A DNA stretch of 64,000 nt from Epiperipatus broadwayi (lineage: Eukaryota > Animalia > Onychophora). Location of the stretch: assembly GCA_028023455.1 (NCBI GenBank), contig JAQFVV010000007.1, positions 2,728,001-2,792,000 on the forward strand, read 5' to 3'. The notes below the pieces were generated by a model. It was not told where the DNA came from and searched no databases. It saw only the letters and a list, made by a program, of their open reading frames with translations. Both the position numbers and the translations under genes were made by a program. Shown here in pieces: positions 14,001 to 27,822 of the stretch (position 1 is the first letter of the stretch; each line of letters begins with the position of its first letter).

Positions 14001-15829
14001 ATATTTATCTGAAACGGATGGCGTCAAAGTTATGAGTGGAGGGAGTTTGACAATCGTGAATGAAAATGTAACAATTTACTCTAAATAAATACTTTGCATA
14101 TAATAGAGATATATATGAGAGATAGTGACCTGGGCCAACTGATGAGTGCTGGTTCAGCACGAAATACATCTTGGGGATCATTTGTCTTTTATTATATCTT
14201 TATTTATATGAATTTAAAAAGAATGGGGAAATATGGAGGTGTTTATTATATCTATAAAGAATTTAACTATTATATAAATATACAAATCTTATAAAAACTA
14301 ATCAAAATAATATTTAATTTATAAAATGCAGTATTTAAATATCATACATCCAATATTAAATTTAAACAAATAATAATAAAATTGGAAGCCTCTTGTATCA
14401 AATGTTTTAGAAAATTTACTGAGTGTGAGATTAGCTAGACATAGTCAACAAATATGTGATTCAGTAATTTTAGACGGAACTTGGATTGATTGTTTGATAA
14501 GTTTACATTAGAACTATGTTAGAAACAAAGATTTTATTAGATATATCATGGTTACATCTATGCTAATGGATGTACCATTTTAAGTTCTTATTGATTTACA
14601 AATATTTGCGTTAAAATAATAATAATAAATAATTTTTTTAAAAATTTAAAATATTATAAAATCATTTTTTTAAAGCCATTAAATGAATATTTTATAACTA
14701 ATTGTGAGCCACATACATTCTTCATACGAACCTAATGGGCCTTACATTAGTTATGTTTGTTTTAAAGGATATCATGATTGTTCTCCCCAGCATGTGTTTG
14801 GAAAGTGATGTAATTCATAACTTGGGAGTTTCTTTTTTTCTCTTAAGTGATTATTTTCAGGGAGATTCTTTTTAGAATCAAAATAGAAAAGCTTCTGTGA
14901 ATTAATGGATATGAGAGAAAAGAGCGATTGACTGACATAATCTTAATAAATTCTGACATCCTCCAACTTGTGGAATAACTTTTTATATTATTACTATTGT
15001 ATAAAAATGTGATAGAATTGAAATAAATTATCAAAATATCAGGCCTTGAGAGCAGACAACATTTAAATTGTATTACAGATCATTTGCAAATTATAATTGG
15101 AGGAGGTTACCATAATATTTAGTGGTGGTGTGATTTTCAAATTATGTTCTGCGGAATTCTGAGATTCTATATGAGTCAAAAAAAAATTGCAGGGAGGGAA
15201 TTTAAAAACTTATTTGCACTAAAACTGTATTTATTTTTATTATGTAGTAAAACTATATTTCATAATATGCAATATGACCCTGTTTAGTCTGATATATATA
15301 ATGTTTGGTCATGTAAAATAGCTGGTTTTCAAAACTTGTGTGTTATACATCTTCAAGTTAATGCAATTTACTTCTATGAAGATTTAAAATAGATAATCTG
15401 AACTGACAATTTTATCTTCTCATAATGAAATTATGCATCAGTAGAAAAATGTTTAGCATAGACTCAAGAAAATTGTACAACAGTACAACTTTCTTGATAT
15501 CAGAGTGTAGAAGATCTATGATCAGGCTGATCTCTGAGTATGTTACACTTAAGGTCATCACAGTCCATCTGTGCAGAATCTCATGAAATTGTAATGCATT
15601 CTAATCATACACTGATAATATATACAATTGAAATTTAATTAATAATGAGTCCAGAATTTGTATAATTTGATACCTATTTCATGCATTTGGAAATCATTAC
15701 AGAAGATAAATTATTGTTACCTCTTGTTCATATGTCAATAATTTTAGCCATTAAACTGATGAAAACATGTCATTATTCTTCCTGGTGGCAATTTTTATAC
15801 ATTTGATTTTACTATTAAATTGTTATTTA

Positions 15830-16630
15830 GAAATATAAGATTACAAAAAAAAAGCATCCTAAAAAATTATGTTTGAACTTTGAAAATTTAGTAAAATTAA
15901 TAATGAGAATAATGAACATTTTTGACTGAACAGTATAAAGGAAAGCTAGCAAAACTGGTGAAAAAAAATTAATAAAATCTTTGGTGAATAAATATTTTTA
16001 AAAATGTGAATGAATTAATATGAAACCATAATAAATGTATTAAATTCTGTTATAGAATTTAGATTGGCATTTAATTTTTAAAATATTACAAAAATAGGGA
16101 CTTCAGTGTTAAAAAGTGTTAAAAGGTGTTAGCAATCGCTTTCTGATGAACATTATGACTGAAATTGTTTAACTTATATTTATAAAAATAAAACATATTT
16201 GAATAAAATTAAAGTGTAATTATATATACTTTTATTTTTAAATATTTATTATAATTTGTGTAAAAATACTCATAAATATTTAAATAATCCAAACAAAAAG
16301 TCAATTTTATAGCAATTCCCATATTTGTTCAAAAATCTTTTAAAAACAATTCTCAAATAATCTTGAAACCAGAGAACAAAAAACTTAGCAATCAATGATG
16401 TGATAGGCAGGATTAGATTACTTTGAAATTCCCTAATACCATTAAAATACTTATCTCTTCAGATTTTTTTAAATTAATAAATTAATATTTTCATTTCACT
16501 TTTCATCATCAAATAAATGCAAAACTTGCAAAATAATGTTACAGGTAGCCATAAAAAAAGGGAAGGAGAGCTGAAAAACAGCCAGTGCACCTTACAATGA
16601 TTTTCAAACGAAGTATTTTGTAACTATTTA
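15830..16630 (+). repeat. Old dispersed repeat, homologous to ~61720-62570
   Basis: Colinear shared blocks, e.g. atataagatt.caaa...catcc.taaaaatt.t.tttgaa; gagaacaaa.aac.tagcaatca; taggcagg.tta.attactttgaa.ttcc.taata; tacttatct.ttcagatttttt. Confidence 0.7.
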
Positions 16631-16879
16631 CTGGAGTATTAAATTAACTTTCCAATATCAGTATAATAATTTTATAATGAAATTTTAGCTTACAATTTTT
16701 AAGATTAAGACATTTTTTTATTTAATAAGCACAATTTTTAGAATAAATAAGTTGCTAAAAACTGGACAATGCAAGAGGAAAAAATTTCAATCACTAACAA
16801 GAAACAACAGAGAAAACCAATTATTAACAAATGTTTTAACTGTGCTCATTTTATCATCTGAAAATTTAGCTACTAGCAA

Positions 16880-18655
16880 GAAAAGGTAAAGATATAACAT
16901 TTACTTTTACTTGAACAGGGATTGAAGACTGATGAATGTGAAAATTATTTGCAACATTAGCGTAAATCCTGTAAAATTAAAATGTCATATGGAGCCTATT
17001 ACATATGTCTACATAATAAAAATACTGAATACTTTTAATAAATGTGAAGAATTGAAAAGCATATAAAAAAGTGTGTTTTTTTTTTAAATAAAAAATTTCT
17101 TGAGACTTCTTATGGAATTACTTGTCAGAAATATAATGTCATCCATACTTGATGCACAATATAAAAAAAAAAAAAATAACAGCATATCTCTCTCTGATAC
17201 CACAATCACGAGATAGTATTAAATAAATAGTACTATTTTGTGAAGATGAATCAATCTCATTTAAAATCATCCTCCCACCTATTACAATGCAACTGAATGA
17301 AACTATAAACAGTACTGTTTTGGCTACTGTGATAGTATTATTTCATTATGGTTTCAATTCTATAATTCAAGACGATATGCTTTTTGCAAATCTCTTGATA
17401 GAGAACTACCTGGACAGAAAAAAATTGAGTTTATTAATAAATAGATTAATAATTTTATATTTATGTTGTACAGATTAGATAAAATCTTGTATTGGACTCA
17501 AATAAAGAGACAATCTCAAATAATTACAATAGCTTCTTACATTAAATATTTGCTGATAAGGAAACGAATACCAAAAACTTTAAAAAAAGTTTTGAATGAT
17601 GGAAAAATTACAAATTTCACAAATCTAAAGATTTACATTCAAGATTATTGACTTAGTTACATGCAACAATAGAATAATTATTGCAATGGAGTAAAAATCT
17701 TGAGTCGATTTTTTTAGTTAATGAGTCAAGTAGGAATATTTTTAAATGAACCGAAACATGATGGCTGCAATTTAATGCAGATATATTTTCGATTTTAAAT
17801 GAAGTTAAGACTTTATTTCCTCAAGTATTTAAGATGAAACTTAATAAAATTAATGAAAAAATTAATGCATTACTTTTAAAATTACATTTGTGGATATCAA
17901 ATGTAAAAAATAATATATAATGTTTTGAAAAACTGATTAGTTTTTTTTCTAGTAAACAATGAATTAAATTTGGATAGCAATATTAAAAAAAAAAATTATT
18001 AGTACACATTTCCCAGTTGAGAAAAACTATCAGATAATATGTCATAGAAAAAATTGATTCAGATGATGGAATTAAAAGTCCATTCCAGAATTATAATAAA
18101 TCAGATCATTTACTAATGAAGAAAAAAGAATAATTAAATGGTATTTGAACAGATTCGACATTAAATATTAAATACTAGCAAAAAAATTTTTTTTTTAATT
18201 TTTAGTTCCAAATTTACACAGATTATCCCAAAATCTCTAGCAAAGTAATTAAGATCCTAATGTCTTTTGCCACAACTTATACGAAAACTTACTTTCAATG
18301 TATGTAGCAACAAAAACGAAATATAGCTTTTTAGAATGAATGCGCGTATGATATAAATGCTTTTCAGACAACATCAACATAGACTGATTTCGGTATTTTC
18401 TGTCAAAAAAGTGCGAGACTGTCCCAGCTATTATAGTTGCCTGTGTCGCAATAATTAATAAATTAGCAATTAATCCTACTTAACTTGTATTAAAATTGGT
18501 GAATAAAAGAAAAATATACTCAATAAAGATTTTTTATTTTCCAAGTAAATTACACGCAATCCTGATTTCATTGATTTAATTTTTTTTTTCCAGGAATACT
18601 ATGTGTTCAGCAGACAACAATTATAATTTTATTTCTTGTTGAAAAAGACCACTAG
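16880..18655 (+). mobile_element. Decayed hAT transposon (Buster/Charlie, ZBED5/ZBED8-like) transposase relic
   Basis: SLSDTTITR (17187-17213, cf. LSNxTVxRRI), MQLNETINSTVLA (17287, cf. QLDESTD..A), LMSFATTY...FSMYVATKTKY (~18257-18325, cf. LLPFATTYLCE.GFS..KTK.R). Possible terminal AAGACCACT at ~18645. Confidence 0.75.
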
Positions 18656-19559
18656 TTTAGTACAATGGTACACTCAAGAACTAAAAGTCCCCAAATCAAA
18701 CCAATACTCCATCAACGTCATTTGACTTTCTACACCAAACCCTCCACATACTAATAAAATATTTTTAAAACTCATTGAATATGAATTTCCAATGTGTTTA
18801 GGTATTACTGATTATAAAATGGCTTGTGTTTGTCAACATGTCACTCGCAAATAATACTTACCCCCACCCTCCACAAAAAAATTCATTAAATTCATGTATA
18901 TTATGACGTCAAAAAGTACAATAAATTACTGAAAAAGAAACAAGATACATCATTTCTATTGCATATAAAATTCAGAGAGTATCTCAAAAATCTTTATTGA
19001 TTAATTTATGATTATTATTTTTGGCATAGAAGGTTTGCAAATACGAATTTATAAATTAGATTTAACTTGTTTGAACATACTCTGGTAGTACTTAATATGA
19101 ATACTATGAATGTTAATAGAAATAGTACAGAATGTGATAGAACAGTAGAATTATCAATGTGCTAGCAATTAATAAATGCATTTCTAGATATTATATATGC
19201 ATTAAGTATTATGAGCAATATTTTCAACTTTATTGACAATTAAAATAATAAATAACAAATTCGATAAATATGAAAACCAGAAATTTAATAAATAAAAACA
19301 TCCTTGATTAAAAAAACCCAGGGTACTGTTATTTTGAAACCCTTGAATTTAAAAAATATCTTTGATTACTTTTAGGTTTCTATCACAGCATCATAAAAAT
19401 ATGCATAAGGACTTCAATTTTTTTGACCTATTCATTAAGGAAGAAGTTGACTTGTTAAAAAATTATGTCAAAATATTTATATGAATGTTTGTGATGATAT
19501 TTTAGTAGTAATTATATGGTCAACTATTAATTTTTAAATGTCTTTAGGAAAATTCAAAT

Positions 19560-20130
19560 TTTATTTAACTTCAAATGCATTCAATTGTTAGCACTAGCAG
19601 ACTGGTTAGTATATAACACAACATTTCAAAACATATTCTCATTTTGGAGTGTTGCTGGCCAAATTAGTGACAATACTGAAATGCAAATCAAATCTGGAAA
19701 TTTAGATTTGTAAATATGAATTTAAGCTAATCTAACTAACTAGGTTATTCTATTAAAGACAACAGTCAGTATAAATTTTATATTCTTATCAATGAAAACT
19801 TTCCTGATTTTTACACTTTTCCATAAGGTCAAGTTTAATGAGGAGCTTCCAAACCATTATGAATTATCACACTGAAATTTGTAATTGACATGTGAGCAGC
19901 TTCTTTGAGATTTCTTCTTTGTACTTTTTCCTCTCTGCACAATATTTTTCCCCAATTTAACATATATTCACTGGTACATAGATGGTCTGATACTTTAGGT
20001 GCAATCATTTTTTTATTATTTTAATATCAATTAATGCTCTTTTTAATTTTTTTTTCAACAGGGTGACTGCTTTTACCAATATACATTTTTGTGCATTCTC
20101 ACAGTATTTTTTATACAGCTTTTGTTTTTC
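19560..20130 (-). mobile_element. Penelope-like 3' fragment (GIY-YIG + pLTR), inverted copy
   Basis: The reverse complement aligns colinearly with 20160-20750 and encodes VYIGKSSHPVEK..KEH..NLKEAAHM relics. Confidence 0.8.
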
Positions 20131-20159
20131 AGCATTTGAAATTCATGTGGAAATGCCAA

Positions 20160-20750
20160 AGAATAAAAACTGCATTTATGAAATATCATGTAAATATAGA
20201 AGGTAGTATATTGCTGAAACCAATTGTCCCATTGCAAAGCAGTTAAAAGAGCATAAACTGATGATTACAAAAGAAATGACAAATGCACACTAAGCAGCAG
20301 ATCATGTATATACCAATGAACATATGTTGAAATAGGAAAAGACAAAAACAGTGAATATACAAAAAAAGTGCAAAGAAAATTTAAAGAAGCTGTTCACATT
20401 ACAATGGCAAATAAATCCATAAAAAAAACCCTAGTTTGATAATTCATAATGTTTGAAAACCAATCATTAACTTTGACACTATGCAAAAGTCAAGAAATCA
20501 GGAGAGATTCTCATAGATAAATATATAAAATTTCTACTGATTGTTATCTTAGGGAGAATAGATTAGTTGGTTAGAGTATGACTTTAATATTTATGAATTT
20601 AAATATCCAAGTTAGATTCCTATGCTAATATTGTCACTGATTAGACTAGTAATACCTGAAGAAGAGAGGAGAATAGTCTACTTAAAGCACTGTGTTATTT
20701 ACTAACCTGTGTATCTACTACAAACAGTTGAATAAATTTAAATAATATAT
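20160..20750 (+). mobile_element. Penelope-like 3' fragment (GIY-YIG + pLTR), forward copy
   Basis: KNCIYEISCKYRR*YIAETNCPIAKQLKEH...ADHVY...KFKEAVHI is a GIY-YIG endonuclease pattern. A CTGAAGA box follows at 20656-20662. Confidence 0.8.
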
Positions 20751-20822
20751 AAATTTTTCTAAAGACATTTAACAACTAATATTAGATTATGGAAATAGTC
20801 TAATATATAATTACTACATGAA

Positions 20823-21650
20823 ATCATCATCAACCATTATCAATCCACTGCAGGATGAAGGTCTCTCCAAGTTCAATCCATCTTTTCCTATCTTTAGCTT
20901 CTTTTCTCCACATCACGCCTGCACACTTTCTTATTTCATTCATCTATCTCACATGTGGTCTCTTTCTGGGTCTTTTACAATCTCTTGAAATCCAGTTTAA
21001 AATTTCAATTGTCCATCTATTATCATCTCTTCTAACAATATGTCCAGCCCAACTCTATTTCAATCTTTAAATTTTTTCAATGAGGTCGGTAACACCTGTT
21101 TGTTCTCTTACCCATACATTGCGTTTTTGATCTCTTCTTGTTACTCCAACATGCATCTCTCTATACTTCTTTGAGTGGTCTGAAGTCTCTGTATTGCTCT
21201 TCTATTAAGTGTCCAAGTCTCAGATCCATAAGTAAGAACTGACAAAACACATTTATTAAAAACCTTCCTTTTCAAACACATAGGCATATTTCCTTTTAGT
21301 ATCAAGTTATTTCTACCAAAAGCACTCCAACCAAGTTTAATTCTATGATTAATTTCATTCATTATGTTTCCATCTATATTAATAATATGATAAATGTATT
21401 TGTAACTGTTAACTTCTTCTAACTCATCATAATCAATCTTTATTTTCATATTTTGAGAACATCTATTAATCATTACTTTTTAACATTTATCTTTAGTCCT
21501 ACTTTTCTACTTTCATCTTATAACTCCTGCAACATTTCCTGTAGCTCTAAAGCATTATTTGCAAAAACAACTACATCACCTGCAAAATCTAAATGACTTA
21601 AATAATCTCCATTTACTTTCACTCCTTTAGCTTCCCATTTTAATCCACAA
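20823..21650 (-). mobile_element. 5'-truncated RTE LINE, same family as copy 1
   Basis: ORF 21141-21473 (YKY...RIKLGWSAFG...LTYGSETWTLN...RSIERCML) is RTE RT C-terminus. (GAT)n tail at 20823-20845 on the minus strand. Confidence 0.92.
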
Positions 21651-24600
21651 ACCATATTATATATTGGTCCTCATCTATGTGTGACATTGAAAGTCCAAAA
21701 GTTTCTAATTTTATGCTGCAAAACTAAAGTTAATTTTTAAAGTAAATGAGAACAGAAAAAAATAAGGCCAAAAAATCTAATATCCTGTCACTTATAGAGC
21801 ACTGTTTGGTGAATGCAAGTTTGTAAAATGTAAAAAGGAAGAAACTTTTTTTACAACATTTTCTGTTATATATACAATGCAATTTTTTTTTATATTTGAA
21901 TAAATATGAATAATGAGTTTAAATTTTTTATTTGATTAATTTTTTTTAGTCAATTCCAGAGCCTTCTACTGCCTGTCAAAGTTTGTTAATTTATGAAATT
22001 ACTTATATAACACTTGAACAGTCTGGTGTACTGATAGATTAATAAAAAATTATACTTTACTTTTATTGTTTATTCATAGATTTTAGGAATTGTCAACAGA
22101 TAGAAAGTTCTGTAGCAAAAAGATCAACTTCAAAAGTCAAATTACACAAAAAGGCTTGTTTACATTATATTTGTAAAGCAAAAAATTATTTTTAAAGACT
22201 ACTTTTTTATTTCATAGGTTATAAAATGTTTTATTTTTATAATTATATCATGACTTTAGAAGAATTTAATGTTCTTACTATTATATGTATTTTGAAATGA
22301 TTTCTGGTTAATAATCTTTGCCTTAACCTTCAATCTCTTGTAGTTATCTGTACTGCTTGTTTATGAATTTTGCATTCATTTGATGACAAAAACTGAAACT
22401 AAAATATATATTGATTTATTAGTTTTTAAAAAAATCTGAGGATGTCAGCATTGTACAGAGAACCTACTATAAAGAAGCTGACAATAATGCTGATTGATAG
22501 ATTCTTTGTTTTCAGGCCCCAAGAATATTGGCAAGAGTTCTTGATATCATTTCTTATTTTACTCAGGAAAAAATTGCATATTTTCCATAATTAATTGGTA
22601 TATTTATTTTAAGACAAAAATACTTATGATAGAAGATTTTATTTGAAAATGTTTGTTTTGTTTTTTTTTAAAAAACAAGCCAAGAACTAATTACATTAAA
22701 GCAAAAGTTATTGCTTGCTGAAAAAAAATACTTTTATAAATGTATAGTAATTATCTTTTTATGATATTTTAATAATTATAAATGAAATATAAGACTTTAA
22801 AATAAAAATTTTGTTGTTTTGTGATGTTTTAACTCTTGAATTTTAAAAATGGAGTTCAAATAACAATTATTTCATTCATTAAATATTTTTTGGCAATGTA
22901 GCAATTACCCAATAAGATAATAGCTATTATTCTCATTATATATTTCAGATTTTGTTTTTGCTTTTTTGTAATGTTAAAATATTATTTTTAAGAATATTTT
23001 TGGTTGTAAACTTATATTTGTAAAAAAAAAATAAAGATTACTGAAATACATTACAAAAAAATGTTTTAATTGTTAAAATTAAAATATTGTAAATATAACC
23101 CAAGTGGCTCATAGAAACTGTCAAAATGGTGCTTTTAGAAGCTTGTAATGAAATCTTTATTTGCATATCATAGAAAAAAAAAATATTAAATTTTTTTAAA
23201 AAAGATTAATTTGTTGTCTTAAATATTTTTTAATTATTTTATTTATGTTTAAAATTAATTTTAATAATAAATAGATTAAAAAAGTTTTACTTTACCAAAA
23301 GCTCTATTCATATATAAATTAAATTTGGCAACATTAGTTTTATTATAAGGAGTTTCTTTTTTAAGCAATTTTCATTAACAAAGTATGTTGAATTTTAATC
23401 AATTAATACTGATTTATTTAAAAAACATTAATAATCTTTTAAGTGGAAGAATATTACAATAATATTGCAAAGCAATATACCTTTTTGAAATACATGAGAA
23501 TAGTTTTCTCCCCAAAAATTAATTTTATTCATTAATAATTTAAAAAAAAAAAAACTTCGCTTATATACAGTAAGAAATTGCATCAAGCATAAATAAGATT
23601 TACTTACTTAATTTTTATGAAAAAGTTACAAAGCAATAAAGTTTTCCCATCAGCTGCACTAAAATTAATTGGAAAGACCACTGTTTAATTTTTTAAAATA
23701 AATTTTAATTTTGTAACAAAAAAAAGTGTGTAATTATAATAAAAAAATAATTATATAATACAGAAAGTGAGCAAAAAAAATAAATTAGGAAAATGTACAT
23801 TATGTTAATTATTTTTTGCTTAGTTTATCTTAACAAATTGAATGAGGTTATTATCTAGTGTCATTAAAACCAATCTGTTTAAAATTATTATTAAAAAATC
23901 AACTCTATTGTGCTTAGACTCTATATTTACACAGAGATTTGTGTTGCAATTAAACTTTCAAATTCAATCATTGAATCCTTTTGTCTTCCTCTTTTGGTGT
24001 TTGCATTGTATTACAATTGACTTAAGGTTGGTTCACTCATGGCTATTGTATAGAATTTATTTTCATTTATTTGAAAGACAAAACTTGAACTAAAATATAT
24101 ATTGTTTGACATTGTATATAAAAGTAGGTGGTGCATTTGTGTGACTATCTTTTGTTAAAATCTTAAAACTGAAAATTATATGTTTATACATAGTTTCTCT
24201 GTTCACTTATTTGTTTTTATTTTTAAAAAATTAAATGAAATATTTGTTTTTATTTTTTTGAATAAGTATGTAATTTTTACTTACACATTTTATTTGAATA
24301 TATTATTTTGTATCAGAAAATAAAGAAAAATGAAGAACCATGAAGCAGAAAATGATAAATGACAAAAATATATATTTACAAAATACCTACTAAAACATCA
24401 TAATTATTATTTTTTGCTATTTTTTTTTTGTAGCAATAGGCTGAATTTTTAAATTTTAAAGATATTTATTATTTGAATATATTTTTTACGAATATGTCTT
24501 GATAATAAAAAATGGTAAATTATTTGATTACTCTTTTTATTTATTTGCAAAGTTGATATATTATTTTAAAGATAATTTTCATTTTTTTAAATTATAATTT

Positions 24601-25149
24601 TAATGAAAAATATATATTTTTTTATATATATGAAGAATAAAGATGTATATAAAGATAATTACCAAATTCACCATATAAGACAATTCAAGACACAGGATAT
24701 CCTGAAGAATTAACAATATATTTAGTGAAATCTTTATTTATTAATTAGCATTCGTTTTCAATATTAAACTTGTTTTTTTTTTAAAAAATGGTAAATTGAT
24801 ATTCAAAGTTTATGATATATTTTGCAGATATGGTATAGAACTTTTTTTTTATTCTAGGAAATGCAATTGCTTATTTTTTATATATAGAATTTTTAACTTC
24901 AGATGAGTTTTGTCTTTGATGATATACTTTTTTATGCATTTTTTTAAAAAGAATTTTCAAATAATAACTGTATTTGTATGACTTTGATCGAATTTTATAA
25001 GATTTCTAAATCTAAAAAGATGTTTTAAGAGTACTTAACCTGTGTGTCTGTTTATATACATACACACACGCATAAAATACAAAAAGAGTGTATTTTTTTT
25101 TAATGCAGAATTTTCTCTCATATATTCTCAAGTAAAGAAAATGGAAAGT

Positions 25150-25236
25150 TAACTGGAATGATGTGATTATGAGAGATTATAGATAGGAGAAATTGGATTA
25201 AACTCGTTCCACTATGGGTTGATGATGATTGAAAAT
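25150..25236 (+). mobile_element. Tiny RTE 3' tail remnant
   Basis: gagagattatagataggagaaattggattaaact...ttgatgatgattg resembles the 3' ends of the other RTE copies. Confidence 0.4.
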
Positions 25237-25674
25237 GATAAATATATATGTGCATGTATATCTTGGACGTTTACTAAATTATAGTCAGAAAATAAAATTT
25301 ATAATAAGATAAAGTAAGTTTCTAAGTTTTCGAACTGTGATATATGGGTCTTCTCCTTTATAACTTTACCATTGCTGTTATTCATTATTTACTACAAACT
25401 ATTAAAGAATCTTATTCAAAAGCATTATTATTATTATTTTAAAAAAGTGCTTGTTTATTTTCTTTATATCAAGTTATGTTCACATTATTATTAGGATTCT
25501 CTTCTCTAGAAGAGCTTTTTTGTAGAAATTAGATATATTTAACACAACTAATTCTTTTTCTAAAAATAGATTTTTTTAAAAAAACCTCAGAGATTAATGG
25601 CAGAATAAAAAAAAGACTACATATAAATGTGATTTTATCGTAAATAAATTAAAATAAAACAAAAAGTGAATACA

Positions 25675-25717
25675 CTCTCTCTCTCTCTCTCTCTCCCCCC
25701 CCCCCCTATATATATAT
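25675..25717. repeat. Compound (CT)n-(C)n-(TA)n microsatellite
   Basis: Directly visible. Confidence 0.95.
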
Positions 25718-26034
25718 GTAAGGTGTGGAGACAATGGAAAATGATTAATAAATAAGTTTTTATTTAAAAAAATAAAATAAAAATTAATGAACTTGTTCTA
25801 GTGGGAGACAGAGATAAATACAAATCAAATAAATAACAGATAGCAATGGGAAACAAAAAACGAATGCATTAAATATTGATTAATCTTCACACCAATTACT
25901 AAATATTGCTTTTATTGTTGTAAGTTTGAACTTGGCCTATTAAGGTTCTGCACTTATTTATCACATTTTAAAAAAGAAAAATAGCATAATGTCTGACCAA
26001 TCAGGCTATTTTAACATTTATGACATATTATTTA

Positions 26035-26840
26035 TTTTCTCTCTTTCTCTTTATATATATATATACAAAACTTTTACTAGAGGTTAATATTATATACTGT
26101 TCAGATTAAGAACTCAACGCTGGTTTATTGAGCACATAAAATACCTCAATTCAAAGCATCAGATGGAGTATTTGAAAAAATAAAATCAGACATCTTATCC
26201 TTGTACTTATATTCACTTAAGATTTAAAATACCAGGCCCTCTTATACCTTAATATATTCACTTAATTATATAGGACAATCCGAAGCACTTTGAAATGAAA
26301 TCTTGAAGATCTTAAATTGATTAAATTACTTCTTTTAAAGCTATATTTTAACTATTCAGATTGGCAAAATCTTTCAATTTACTGCTTGTCAATTTTAGAT
26401 GTTTCAGACTGGTCTATATAAGTAAATATAGGTAAAAGAATAAGACGGTCCATTCTTATTTTTTCAAAGACTGTATTTTGTGATTTGGATTGAGAGTATT
26501 TTGTGGGCTCAATAAACCAGCATTGAGTTGCTAATCTAATTAATATTTAGTAACCGCTAGGAAAAGTTTGTATTTATATATTTCGTTATTTCATCGAAAA
26601 ATTTCCACGAATGTCAAGAGTTAAAATATAGCTTTAAAAGCAGTTATGTGATCAATTTAAGATTAAGTTCTCGTTTCAAGGTGCTTTAGATTGGCTTGTA
26701 GGTAAAAGGATAAAACGGTCGTTCTTATCTTTTCAAAGACTCTATCTTTTGCTTTGGATTGAGAATATTTCAGGTGTTCAATAAACCAGGACTTTGAGTT
26801 ATTAATCTAATGTATATATATATAGAGAGAGAGAGAATTT
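26035..26840. repeat. Three-copy ~200-300 bp repeat, one inverted plus two tandem
   Basis: caataaaccag.(a)ttgagtt..taatcta occurs at ~26510-26540 and ~26780-26810, and inverted at ~26101-26130. 26275-26355 is the inverted copy of 26614-26695. Confidence 0.8.
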
Positions 26841-27085
26841 TGAAATTAATATAAACATTGAAATAAACACGGAAAAAACTATATATATATGGCTTTAGAT
26901 TACACTTCAGTCAACAAACATCACCAATTGAGTCTAATTCTACATAATCTTTCAAATACATATACAGAAATAAATAAAGTAAAATTGGGTGACTGAAATA
27001 CAATATTAATTACTATTAAGTGGTAACAATAATGAAAATATCATAACTGTAAATTAAAAATTTGCTTTAAAAAAGTCAATAAGCT

Positions 27086-27142
27086 GACAAGCGTTGGTGG
27101 CCTAGCGATTAGCCCGGGTTCGCTTCCCGGTTAACGCTATAT
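27086..27142 (+). mobile_element. tRNA-Gly-derived retrocopy lacking the anticodon arm, 15-bp TSD
   Basis: GCGTTGGTGGCCTAGCGATTAG-CCCGGGTTCGCTTCCCGGTTAACGC has a perfect T-stem and an acceptor stem. Flanked by AAAAGTCAATAAGCT at 27071-27085 and 27143-27157. Confidence 0.8.
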
Positions 27143-27822
27143 AAAAGTCAATAAGCTATGCTACATTTATATTTGTTAGAGAAAATGAATTTTATATTTA
27201 ACAAACATCTTATTTGCAAAATTTTGAAATTCATTTATGATCAGTATTTTTTACTATTCAAATTTTATAGCAATAATAGCTTAGCGCCTGACAAGTAAAT
27301 TGAAAGCATTATCAGTTTTTATTTTTAAAAAACAAAGCATTTTTTAAAAGTATACAGTAATCGATTACCTTTTTTTTTTTTGGAGATAAAATGCTTACGT
27401 TAGAAATAGTGGAAAAGTAATTTTTATTCCATGTCTCGAAATCAATCAAATGGGGAAAAAAGCAATAGTTTTTAAATATTTTATTTTTTACTAAATATAT
27501 ACAAGTGAAAATAATAAGTTCAGTTTTGGAATAAGTTATATACCGGTATATCTGTACAAATATCAAGAAATAAAAAGAACTTTAATGCTGTATTACAACG
27601 TTGATATATAATAAATCTAAGCAGTACGTGTACGAGGAAACAGCCATTTATATATATATAATCATACACATATGTAAAATTCAAGAATTTAAAGTCTATC
27701 AACTTTTAAAGAGGATTTAAATACGGCTACAATTCAGAGAATTCAAATCGTTTGCATTCGTTTTCATTTATAAAATCATGCACGTTATATATATAATATT
27801 TTTAATACAAGTATATTCTATT

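Noticed and set aside
20440-20465. Minus-strand WFSN codons suggesting homeodomain helix 3
   Set aside because: Followed by IM rather than RR, and it lies within the Penelope fragment.
23665-23685. GGAAAGACCACTG resembling a hAT terminal repeat (similar motif at ~18645)
   Set aside because: No matching opposite terminus or 8-bp TSD could be located.
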